From positions 1 through 17,880 of the forward strand of contig JBFYZW010000069.1 of assembly GCA_041309305.1 (NCBI GenBank): DNA of 17,880 bases. Reading direction: 5' to 3'. The notes beneath the pieces are model-generated. The model had not been told where the DNA came from, ran no database searches, and worked only from the letters and a program-made list of their open reading frames with translations. The stretch comes from Deltaproteobacteria bacterium. Its GTDB lineage: Bacteria > Myxococcota > XYA12-FULL-58-9. The position numbers and the translations under genes are program-made. Positions 7,917-14,989 of this stretch are shown in pieces. Every line of letters begins with the position of its first letter. Within the stretch, counting starts at the first letter, position 1.

Positions 7917-8555
7917 TTAGAGCGGCTTGACGACCAGCACGTTGCCGTCGGTGAGGCTCACCACCTTCACCCGCGCGTCGCTGGATATCTCACTCTTGTC
8001 CTCGGCGGTGGCGTCGAGCACCTTCAGGTAGCCCTGCACCATCACCCGCACCTTGCCGATCTGCCCGGCCGGGATCTTGAGGTAGACTGTCCCGTCCTGG
8101 CCGATGGCGGCGCGCAGGTCGACGTTGCCGGCCGCCTGCATGCCGGAGAAGAAGCGGAATAGCCGATCGACCACCCAGACGAGCCCGAGCCCGGCCACCG
8201 AGCCGCCGATGAGCGCGGTCAAGGCGCCCGACTGTCCGCGGCTGAGCGCCAGGCCGACCAGGCCGAACATCATGAAGAAGCCGGTCAGCCCCTGGAAGGA
8301 GAGGAGCTTGAAGCTCATCATCTCGTGCACCGACGCGGCGTCGCCGTGGTCAACGTGGCCGCCGCCGTCGTCGGCGTGGCCGCCGCCGTGGTCAGCGTGG
8401 CCGCCGCCGTCGACGCCGTGGTCGCCACCGCCCTCGTCGCCGCCCATGCCGACGAAGGCCATCACCAGCCGGATGGCGAACAGGCCGCCGCCGACCGCCG
8501 CGGCGCCGAAGAAGATCTTCTCGAGCACCGACAGACTCTCGAGCCAAGGCATCAT
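7917..8555 (-). CDS. NfeD/YuaF-like membrane protein (C-terminal OB-fold) with His/Asp/Gly-rich repeat loop
   Basis: 212 aa with three TM helices, then a C-terminal beta-rich segment DGTVYLKIPAGQIGKVRVMVQGYLKVLDA...VKVVSLTDGNVLVVKP typical of the NfeD OB-fold. It sits immediately upstream of flotillin, the conserved yuaF-floT order. GGAGAGGGGG RBS before ATGATG at 8555. Confidence 0.8.
   Translation of the reverse strand: MMPWLESLSVLEKIFFGAAAVGGGLFAIRLVMAFVGMGGDEGGGDHGVDGGGHADHGGGHADDGGGHVDHGDAASVHEMMSFKLLSFQGLTGFFMMFGLVGLALSRGQSGALTALIGGSVAGLGLVWVVDRLFRFFSGMQAAGNVDLRAAIGQDGTVYLKIPAGQIGKVRVMVQGYLKVLDATAEDKSEISSDARVKVVSLTDGNVLVVKPL
8334..8438 (-). repeat. Tandem 21-nt repeats (5 units, 4 well conserved) inside nfeD, encoding a (G)H-x-D-x-G-G heptad loop
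   Basis: Plus-strand units GTGGCCGCCGCCGT[C/G]G[T/A]C[G/A]GC repeat at 8355, 8376, 8397 and 8418, with a degenerate copy at 8334. Translated on the minus strand: DEGGGDH / GVDGGGH / ADHGGGH / ADDGGGH / VDHGDAA. Confidence 0.85.
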
Positions 8556-8639
8556 CGTCGACCCCCTCTCCGAGCGACCGAGGCTTATCGCGCCAGCCGG
8601 GACAACAGCAACCAGCGCCCCGCTTTCGCCGCTATCTGT

Positions 8640-8727
8640 GTTCTAGTGTGTATGGTTACATAATATTACACACCATGTCAACACAAATCATTTTTCCTGT
8701 CCCTCACGGGGCGCATCATTATATAGA
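8640..8727. promoter_or_regulatory. AT-rich (about 35% GC) intergenic island with inverted repeat GTGTGTA-N14-TACACAC; likely divergent promoter/operator for the nfeD-floT operon and the RHH gene
   Basis: The only AT-rich stretch in a roughly 70% GC window. IR arms at 8646-8652 and 8667-8673 flank a central TAATATTA palindrome (8661-8668). TATATA at 8720-8725 lies only 8 nt before ATG 8734. CATAAT at 8659-8664. Confidence 0.5.
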
Positions 8728-8733
8728 GTGCGC

Positions 8734-9069
8734 ATGAGTGCACGCGAGACGAAGCCGAAGAGCCCGTACCGTCGCGTCAACATCATGATCCGCGAGGATC
8801 AACACGAGGCGCTCAACGCGCGCGGTCTGAACGTCTCGGGGCTGATCCGCGACCTGCTCGGCGACTACCTGTCGCAGAACGTCATCCACCTGCAGGTCGG
8901 CGAGGAGACGCGGCGCATCTACGACCTGGTGGTTGCCAACACTGGCTCGTCCGACCGGGAGATCGAGACCCACCTGCGCACCGCGCTGGCGAAGGTGCTC
9001 GAGGACAAGATCGCCGAGATGCAGAAGCTGCACCAGAAGCTGGTGCGCGAGGGCGCGCACCGCGCCTGA
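8734..9069 (+). CDS. Ribbon-helix-helix (CopG/Arc/MetJ-like) DNA-binding protein with a C-terminal helical extension
   Basis: [33 protein letters not shown] fits the RHH beta-strand/helix-helix pattern. 112 aa from ATG 8734, with an alternative in-frame GTG at 8728. The stop is 11 nt before the pgm ATG, with GGAGGAGG between them. Confidence 0.65.
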   Translation: MSARETKPKSPYRRVNIMIREDQHEALNARGLNVSGLIRDLLGDYLSQNVIHLQVGEETRRIYDLVVANTGSSDREIETHLRTALAKVLEDKIAEMQKLHQKLVREGAHRA

Positions 9070-9080
9070 CGGAGGAGGCG

Positions 9081-10733
9081 ATGCCGTTGCACCCTGGAGC
9101 CGGTCGTCCGGCGCCGCGCGAGAGCCTGGTCAACGTCCCGCGCCTGGTCAGCGCCTACTACGCTTACGCCCCCGACCCGGAGCGCGCCGAGCAGCGGGTG
9201 AGCTTCGGCACTTCCGGGCACCGCGGCTCGGCCTTGAAGGCCTCCTTCAACGAGGCGCACATCCTCGCCATCACCCAGGCGATCTGCGACCACCGGCGCG
9301 CGCACGGCGTCGACGGCCCGCTGTTCGTCGGCAAGGATACCCACGCCCTCTCGGAGCCGGCCTTTGTCACCGCCCTTGAGGTGCTGGCTGGCAACGCGGT
9401 TGAGGTGTGCATCGACGCGGCCGACGGCTACACGCCGACGCCGGTCATCTCGCACGCCATCCTGACCCACAACCGCAACCGGCGGGCGCACCTCGCCGAC
9501 GGCGTCGTCATCACGCCGTCGCACAACCCGCCCGAGGATGGCGGCTTCAAGTACAACCCGCCGCACGGGGGCCCGGCCGACACCGCGCTGACCCGGGAGA
9601 TCGAGCAGGCGGCCAACGCCCTGCTCGCCGACGGCAACCGCGCGGTGCGCCGCGTCCCGTGGGCGCGTGCCCTCACCGCGCCCTCGACGCGGCGGTACGA
9701 CTACGTCACGCCCTACGTCACCGACCTCTCGGCGGTCATCGACCTCGAGGCGATCCGCGCCGCGAAGTTGAAGATCGGCGCCGATCCGATGGGCGGCTCC
9801 GGCATCGCCTACTGGCGGCCGCTGGCCGAGCGCTTCGGCCTCGAGATCGAGGTGGTCAACCAGGTGGTCGACCCGACCTTCTCGTTCATGACCCTCGACA
9901 GGGACGGCAAGATCCGCATGGACTGCTCGTCGCCCTACGCGATGCAGAGCCTGATCGCCCTTGGCGACCGCTTCGACATCGCCTTCGGCAACGACACCGA
10001 CTACGACCGCCACGGCATCGTCACCCGCTCGCGCGGGCTGCTCAACCCGAACGCCTACCTGGCGGTGGCCATCTGGTATCTGTTCCAGCACCGCCCCGGC
10101 TGGGGTGAGCGGCCGGCGGTGGGCAAGACGCTGGTCTCGAGCTCCCTCATCGACCGGGTCGCCGCGGCGCTCGGCCGCCGGCTGTGCGAGGTGCCGGTGG
10201 GCTTCAAGTGGTTCGTCGAGGGCCTGGGCGATGGTTCGCTCGGCTTCGGCGGCGAGGAGAGCGCCGGCGCCTCGTTTCTGCGCCGCGACGGCACCGTGTG
10301 GACCACCGACAAGGACGGGATCATCCTCGACCTGTGCGCCGCCGAGATCTGCGCCGTGCTGGGCAGAGATCCGGGCGAGGTCTACGGCGAGCTCGTCGCC
10401 CGCTTCGGCGAGTCGTGCTACGAGCGGCTCGACGCGCCGGCGAGCGGGGCGCAGAAGAAGGTGCTCGCCTCGCTGTCGCCCGCGCAGGTGACCGCGACGA
10501 CGCTGGCCGGCGAGCCGATCACCGCCAAGCTGACCCGCGCGCCGGGCAACGACGCGCCGTTGGGCGGGCTGAAGGTGACGACCGCGAACGGCTGGTTCGC
10601 CGCCCGGCCGTCCGGCACCGAGGATGTCTACAAGATCTACCTCGAGAGCTTCCGCGGCCCCGAGCACCTCGCCCAGCTCAAGGAGGAGGCCCAGGCGCTC
10701 GTCGCCCGCACCTTCGCCGCCGCCGGCGCCTGA
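9081..10733 (+). CDS. pgm: Phosphoglucomutase (alpha-D-glucose-1,6-bisphosphate-dependent)
   Basis: 550 aa collinear with E. coli Pgm: [10 protein letters not shown] active-site Ser loop, [48 protein letters not shown]. Confidence 0.97.
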   Translation: MPLHPGAGRPAPRESLVNVPRLVSAYYAYAPDPERAEQRVSFGTSGHRGSALKASFNEAHILAITQAICDHRRAHGVDGPLFVGKDTHALSEPAFVTALEVLAGNAVEVCIDAADGYTPTPVISHAILTHNRNRRAHLADGVVITPSHNPPEDGGFKYNPPHGGPADTALTREIEQAANALLADGNRAVRRVPWARALTAPSTRRYDYVTPYVTDLSAVIDLEAIRAAKLKIGADPMGGSGIAYWRPLAERFGLEIEVVNQVVDPTFSFMTLDRDGKIRMDCSSPYAMQSLIALGDRFDIAFGNDTDYDRHGIVTRSRGLLNPNAYLAVAIWYLFQHRPGWGERPAVGKTLVSSSLIDRVAAALGRRLCEVPVGFKWFVEGLGDGSLGFGGEESAGASFLRRDGTVWTTDKDGIILDLCAAEICAVLGRDPGEVYGELVARFGESCYERLDAPASGAQKKVLASLSPAQVTATTLAGEPITAKLTRAPGNDAPLGGLKVTTANGWFAARPSGTEDVYKIYLESFRGPEHLAQLKEEAQALVARTFAAAGA

Positions 10734-10784
10734 CCCTTGTCGCCGGCCCGCCGGTGCTCATATTCCAATGCGGAGGAGCTCGCC

Positions 10785-12020
10785 GTGCTGGGGCCGATGT
10801 TCACCGCCTTCGTCGCCGAATTGTGGGCGATCACGCTCGAGCTGGCCTGGCCGCTGTTGCTCGGCCTCTTGCTCGCCGGCCTCCTGCACGTGCTGTTGCC
10901 CACCGCCTTCGTGCGCCAGCAGCTCTCCCGCCCGACCTTCGGCAGCGTGCTGCGCGCGGTGCTCATCGGCGTGCCGTTGCCCTTGTGCTCCTGCGGCGTC
11001 GTGCCGACCGCGATCGGCCTCAAGCAGCAGGGCGCGTCGCGCGGCGCGGCGACCGGCTTCCTCATCAGCACGCCGCAGACCGGCGTCGACTCGGTGCTGG
11101 TCAGCGCCACCTTCCTCGGCTGGCCGTTCGCGCTGTTCAAGGTGGCTGCCGCGGCGCTCACCGGCCTCATTGGCGGCGCGCTGGTCAACCGCCTCGAGCG
11201 CGGCGCGCCGGCGCCGGCGCCGGCGGAGCAGGAGCTGGTCGCCGCGCCCCGACGCCACCCGCTCGAGGTCGTGCGCTACGCGGTCTTTGATCTCCTGGCG
11301 ATGATCGACCTGTGGCTAGTGGTCGGGGTCGGTTTCGCGGCGTTGCTCGGCGTGCTGCTCCCGGACGACTTCTTCGCCCGCCACGCCTGGACCCAGGGGC
11401 TCGGCGGTATGCTGCTCGTTTTGGTCATCGCCTTGCCCCTCTACGTCTGCACCACCAGCTCGGTGCCGATCGCCGCGTCGCTCATCGCCGCCGGGATGCC
11501 GGCCGGCGCGGCGCTGGTCTTCTTGATGGCCGGGCCGGCGACCAACGTCGCGACCCTCGGCGCGGTCTGGCGTGGCCTCGGTGGCCGGGTGCTCGCGGTC
11601 TACCTCGGCACCGTGACGGTGATGAGCCTCGGCCTCGGCTGGCTGTTCGACTTCGTGCTCGCCGGCGCGCGCGCACCGCACCACCTGCACGCGCACGGCG
11701 CCTCGTGGCTCGAGCAGGGCAGCGCGGCCCTTCTGGTGGCGCTGCTCGCCTTTCTGCTCGGACGCCGTCTTTGGCTGCGGCTGCGGTCGGCCGCGCCTTT
11801 GACCCAGGAGAGCGCGATGGATCTGACCCTCAAGGTCGACGGGATGACCTGCCAGCACTGCGTCGCCAACGTCAAGCGGGCGCTCGAGGCGGTCGACAAG
11901 GTCGCGGCCGCGGAGCCGGACCTGGCGACCGGGCGGGTCGTCGTGCGCGGCGAGCAGCCCGAGGTGGCCAAGTTGATCGCCGCGGTCGAGGCGGCCGGCT
12001 ACCGCGCCGCCGCCGGGTGA
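10785..12020 (+). CDS. ArsP-type permease (PF03773/DUF318) with conserved CSC motif, fused to a C-terminal heavy-metal-associated (HMA) domain
   Basis: Two-repeat polytopic membrane protein. PLPLCSCGVVP resembles the TPFCSCS motif of the ArsP organoarsenical efflux permease. The C-terminal DGMTCQHCVANVKRALEAV carries the GMTCxxC HMA metal-binding motif. Start chosen at in-frame GTG 10785 (GGAGGAG at 10772-10778, 6-nt spacer). The first in-frame start codon after the upstream stop is at 10737, immediately after the pgm stop. Confidence 0.8.
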   Translation: MLGPMFTAFVAELWAITLELAWPLLLGLLLAGLLHVLLPTAFVRQQLSRPTFGSVLRAVLIGVPLPLCSCGVVPTAIGLKQQGASRGAATGFLISTPQTGVDSVLVSATFLGWPFALFKVAAAALTGLIGGALVNRLERGAPAPAPAEQELVAAPRRHPLEVVRYAVFDLLAMIDLWLVVGVGFAALLGVLLPDDFFARHAWTQGLGGMLLVLVIALPLYVCTTSSVPIAASLIAAGMPAGAALVFLMAGPATNVATLGAVWRGLGGRVLAVYLGTVTVMSLGLGWLFDFVLAGARAPHHLHAHGASWLEQGSAALLVALLAFLLGRRLWLRLRSAAPLTQESAMDLTLKVDGMTCQHCVANVKRALEAVDKVAAAEPDLATGRVVVRGEQPEVAKLIAAVEAAGYRAAAG

Positions 12021-12100
12021 TCGGCCTCACCAGGTGACAGAGTCGAGCTCGGCCGGTGTTTCACCGGGGACGGGCGCGTGCCCGCCGGTGGAGGACCCCG

Positions 12101-12466
12101 ATGCGCATCATCTCGTTGGCTCTCTTGTTGGCCCTGTTTGGCCTCGTGCGCGGCGCGCAGGCCGAGTCCGGCCGGCAGGTTATCGTCGCTGCCCAGGCGG
12201 AGCCGGAGTCGTACATGTGGACGATGACCAAGGACACCTTCTTCGGCGGGCTGGCCGGCGCGCTGGTCGGCGGCGCGGTGCTGCTGGTCACCGGGTTCGA
12301 GGCCGACCCGATCCTGGTCGCCTACTGCGCCGGCGGCGGGATGATCGCCGGGGTCGGCTTCGGTGTCTGGGAGATCGCCGACCGGCGGGCTCAGCTGAGC
12401 GGGCCGAGCGCGATGCGCGAGCGGGCGACGCCGGCGCGCCTGGTCAGTTGGACCTGGCGGTTCTGA
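12101..12466 (+). CDS. Small secreted/membrane glycine-zipper protein, hypothetical
   Basis: ATG 12101 with GGTGGAGGA 5 nt upstream. Signal peptide MRIISLALLLALFGLVRGAQA. The Gly-rich hydrophobic segments GGLAGALVGGAVLLVTGF and GGGMIAGVGFGV follow a glycine-zipper pattern. 121 aa. Confidence 0.5.
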   Translation: MRIISLALLLALFGLVRGAQAESGRQVIVAAQAEPESYMWTMTKDTFFGGLAGALVGGAVLLVTGFEADPILVAYCAGGGMIAGVGFGVWEIADRRAQLSGPSAMRERATPARLVSWTWRF

Positions 12467-12468
12467 GG

Positions 12469-13584
12469 CTACTCGGCCGGCGGTGCGGGCGTCGGCAAGA
12501 GCGGTGCGAGGTCGATGCGGACATAGGGCCCCTTGGCCGCCGGCCGGCCGGTGAACGAGACGTAGGCGACGCGGGTCGCCGGCTCGAGGATCACCGCCTT
12601 AACGTTCAGGTCGCCGAGCGCGACCTCGGCCAGGGCCGCCTGCAAGCCGGCGACGTCGAGCCGCCGGCGCGCCGCCTGGCCGAGCGCGAACACCCGGCTG
12701 CCCTCGGGGGCGGCGCGGTCCTCGTCGAACAGGTTGGCGACCGCGACGTAGCCGGTGGCGGTGGCGTCGCGGCGGCGGAAGCGCTGCCGATCGGTCTCGA
12801 GCACCACCGCCGCGCCAGGATCGACGAGCGCGTAGTTCTGCGCCACGGTGCGCTTGGCCGCCTGCAGGCGGTCGGTCGCCGCGGCGACCGAGTCGGTCTC
12901 CTCGAGCAGGTGGCGCAGCGCGAACAGCACCGGCACGCCGGGCTCGGCCTTGGGGTTGACGCCGATGACCACCAGGTCGGCGACCGCGAGTCCGGCGTCG
13001 TTGATGCCGGTGGCGACACCGACCAACCCCGGCCAGGTGAAGCTGGCGAAGGCGTGACGCGCGCCGCGCTCGACGACCACCAGGCCCAGATCGCGGAAGA
13101 CCGAGCCGGCCAGCCAGTCGAGGTTGCGCGCCAGGCGCAGCGTGCCGTCGGCGCTCGCCTCGGGGGTGACCGCCAGACACGAGCACATGATCGAGAAGAC
13201 CAGCTCGGGGGCGAGGTTGGCCAAGAGCAGCTGGCGGCGATCGACGCCGGCGCTGTCGGCCAGCGCCTCGAGCTGCTCGCGGTGCGGCGCGGGCAGCTCC
13301 GGCCAGAGCCGGTCGGCGAGCTCGAGCGGATAGCCTGTGACCTCGCGGGTCTTCAAGGTCGCCCGGAGGTAGCGGGGCAGGGCCCAGCGGATCTGCGCGC
13401 CGACCAGGCGGCCGGCCGCGGCGCCGCGCTCGGCCGGCGTGCCGTCGAGCTGCATCAGCCACAGCCCGTCGCGTCGTGCGAGCGAGCCGTGCGGCACCTC
13501 GGCGGCGACGAACGGTGGGGGCTCGCCGCAGCCGGCGAGCAGCAGGACGAGGAGGGCGGCGCTGGGCATCGGTGAGCGGGGCAT
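12469..13584 (-). CDS. Ntn-hydrolase superfamily lipoprotein, C45 (acyl-CoA:6-APA acyltransferase-like) / choloylglycine-hydrolase-like
   Basis: ATG at 13584 (alternative 13569) gives MPRSPMPSAALLVLLLAGCGE with lipobox LLAGC. The internal motif SIMCSC-LAVTPEASADGTLRLARNLDW matches the Ntn nucleophile-Cys ... DG ... RNxD(W) spacing of C59/C45 enzymes. About 125 aa precede the Cys, which fits an autoproteolytically activated C45-type precursor. The overlapping 933-aa ORF 12599..15400 (-) is an Arg/Ala-rich artefact. Confidence 0.6.
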   Translation of the reverse strand: MPRSPMPSAALLVLLLAGCGEPPPFVAAEVPHGSLARRDGLWLMQLDGTPAERGAAAGRLVGAQIRWALPRYLRATLKTREVTGYPLELADRLWPELPAPHREQLEALADSAGVDRRQLLLANLAPELVFSIMCSCLAVTPEASADGTLRLARNLDWLAGSVFRDLGLVVVERGARHAFASFTWPGLVGVATGINDAGLAVADLVVIGVNPKAEPGVPVLFALRHLLEETDSVAAATDRLQAAKRTVAQNYALVDPGAAVVLETDRQRFRRRDATATGYVAVANLFDEDRAAPEGSRVFALGQAARRRLDVAGLQAALAEVALGDLNVKAVILEPATRVAYVSFTGRPAAKGPYVRIDLAPLLPTPAPPAE

Positions 13585-13981
13585 CGGCACTCCCGGGCGA
13601 GTGTGAGCTGACCTGCAGGGTGGCGTAGCCGTGAACGGGCGCGCGCGCAAGGGCGTGATTCGATGTCGTCGGCGGCGATCGACTCAGCCGCGGCGGCGCT
13701 CGCGTGGCTGCCGCGCCGCAGAGCGGCGACGGGGGCCTGCGCGCAGGTCCGCGAGCGCGGAGTTGAGGCCAGCAGCCTAACCGCGGCCGTTGCTCGCGAG
13801 CGCAGCCCGCGCACCAGCAACGACCGGGGCGAGCGAGCGACCGAGCACAGGCCCCCAAGCCGCGTGCGGCGCGGCAGCCTTGGAGCCTGCCGACGGTCAG
13901 CGGACACACCCCGTGCGCAAGGGCGACGCGACAAGGCCCGGCGGCCTTTGCTATGCTGCCGCGACCACGAGGAGGGGTCCG

Positions 13982-14989
13982 ATGAGGTCGACCGTTCATG
14001 CCGCCGCCGCCCTGACCGCCCTGGTGTTGGGCTGTACCAACGGCACGCCGGCGCGCGATTGCCCGCCCGGCTCGGTGTTCGTCAGCGACCGCTGCGTGGT
14101 CATCTGCGCCCACGATCTCGACTGCGGCGAGGGCGAGATCTGCGCCGAGGGGCTGTGCGCCGCCGGGGTGCGCGCCGCGCCGCGCATCACCGCCGTCGAC
14201 GGGGACGGCGAGGGGCTGTGCCCCGACGCGCCCGGGACGCACTGCGTCGCCGGTGGGCTGTGGGTCAGCGGCGAGAACCTCGACGGCGGGCTGTTCGCGC
14301 TCGCGGTCGACGGTGGCGCGCGGACCGAGCTGTCGGTCCTGGCCCGCGAGGGCGGCCGGGCCCGCGTCGGGCCGATCGCGCCGGCGACCTTCCCGACCGG
14401 CGACTACGTGCTGACCGTGACCAACGCCGCCGGCAGCGCCGACCAGGGGGTGACCTTCCTGCAGGGGCCGCCCGGGCCCGACATGACCGCCGACGAGCTG
14501 ATCGTCCACATCAACACCGGCGCGGCGACGATCGCCTTCGCCCGGTTGGCCAATGTCGCGCCGCTCGCTCATACGCACGGCGCGAGCGACCTCGATCTGC
14601 CCGGGCTGTGCGCGGCCTTGTGCACCGGACCGTGTCAGAGCTGCTCGGCCGCGGGGGCGTGTCTGGCGCTCGACGACCGGGCGCAGCACGGCTGCACCGA
14701 CGGCTTCGTCTGCGTGCGCGGCGAGTGCGAGCAGCGGGTGATGATCCTGGTCAACGAGCTGGCCGGCACCTGTGACGCGCTGTGCGCGCTGCACGCCGGC
14801 GGCCGGCCGTGCGTCGACGTCGGCATCGACGAGGCGGGGACCAACGACCAGAGCATGGCCGCCGGGCCCGCCTCGTGCCAGACCTACGCCGCGCAGTGCA
14901 GCACCGCGATGGCCTGGGACGGGCTCGCCGGTCCGACCTGCACGCACCACCGCTACGGCAACTGGACCAACTGCCGCTGCTCGTTCTGA
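13982..14989 (+). CDS. Cysteine-rich secreted lipoprotein with IPT/TIG-like Ig domain
   Basis: ATG 13982 preceded by GAGGAGGGG. N-terminus MRSTVHAAAALTALVLGCTNG has the LVLGC lipobox. About 30 Cys in CxxGxC-like arrays (DCGEGEICAEGLC; CTGPCQSCSAAGAC; CVRGECE). The central PRITAVDG...GDYVLTVTNAAGSADQGVTFLQGP resembles an IPT/TIG domain. Ends CRCSF. Confidence 0.65.
   Translation: MRSTVHAAAALTALVLGCTNGTPARDCPPGSVFVSDRCVVICAHDLDCGEGEICAEGLCAAGVRAAPRITAVDGDGEGLCPDAPGTHCVAGGLWVSGENLDGGLFALAVDGGARTELSVLAREGGRARVGPIAPATFPTGDYVLTVTNAAGSADQGVTFLQGPPGPDMTADELIVHINTGAATIAFARLANVAPLAHTHGASDLDLPGLCAALCTGPCQSCSAAGACLALDDRAQHGCTDGFVCVRGECEQRVMILVNELAGTCDALCALHAGGRPCVDVGIDEAGTNDQSMAAGPASCQTYAAQCSTAMAWDGLAGPTCTHHRYGNWTNCRCSF

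Noticed and set aside
6222-8162. 646-aa plus-strand ORF
   Set aside because: Leu/Asp/Gly/Arg-rich with no domain features, and antisense to the flotillin and nfeD genes. It is a typical high-GC shadow ORF.
8104-8646. 180-aa plus ORF with WPPP/SPPP repeats
   Set aside because: It is the antisense reading of the nfeD His/Gly repeat. The periodicity is inherited from the 21-nt tandem repeat, and nfeD has the RBS, TM helices and OB-fold.
10737-10784. Start of the permease at the first in-frame start codon after the upstream stop (10737), 3 nt after the pgm stop
   Set aside because: It has no RBS. The in-frame GTG at 10785 has a strong GGAGGAG 6 nt upstream. I kept 10737 only as an alternative.
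9407-11304. Numerous ORFs inside pgm and the permease gene (9407..10108, 9961..10491, 10184..11290, 10624..11304, 10637..11188 - and others)
   Set aside because: Alternate-frame Arg/Ala/Pro-rich artefacts inside genes with unambiguous homology-quality translations.
13912-13940. Possible sigma-54-like GG...TTGC element upstream of the Cys-rich lipoprotein gene
   Set aside because: The GG-to-GC spacing does not fit the -24/-12 consensus.
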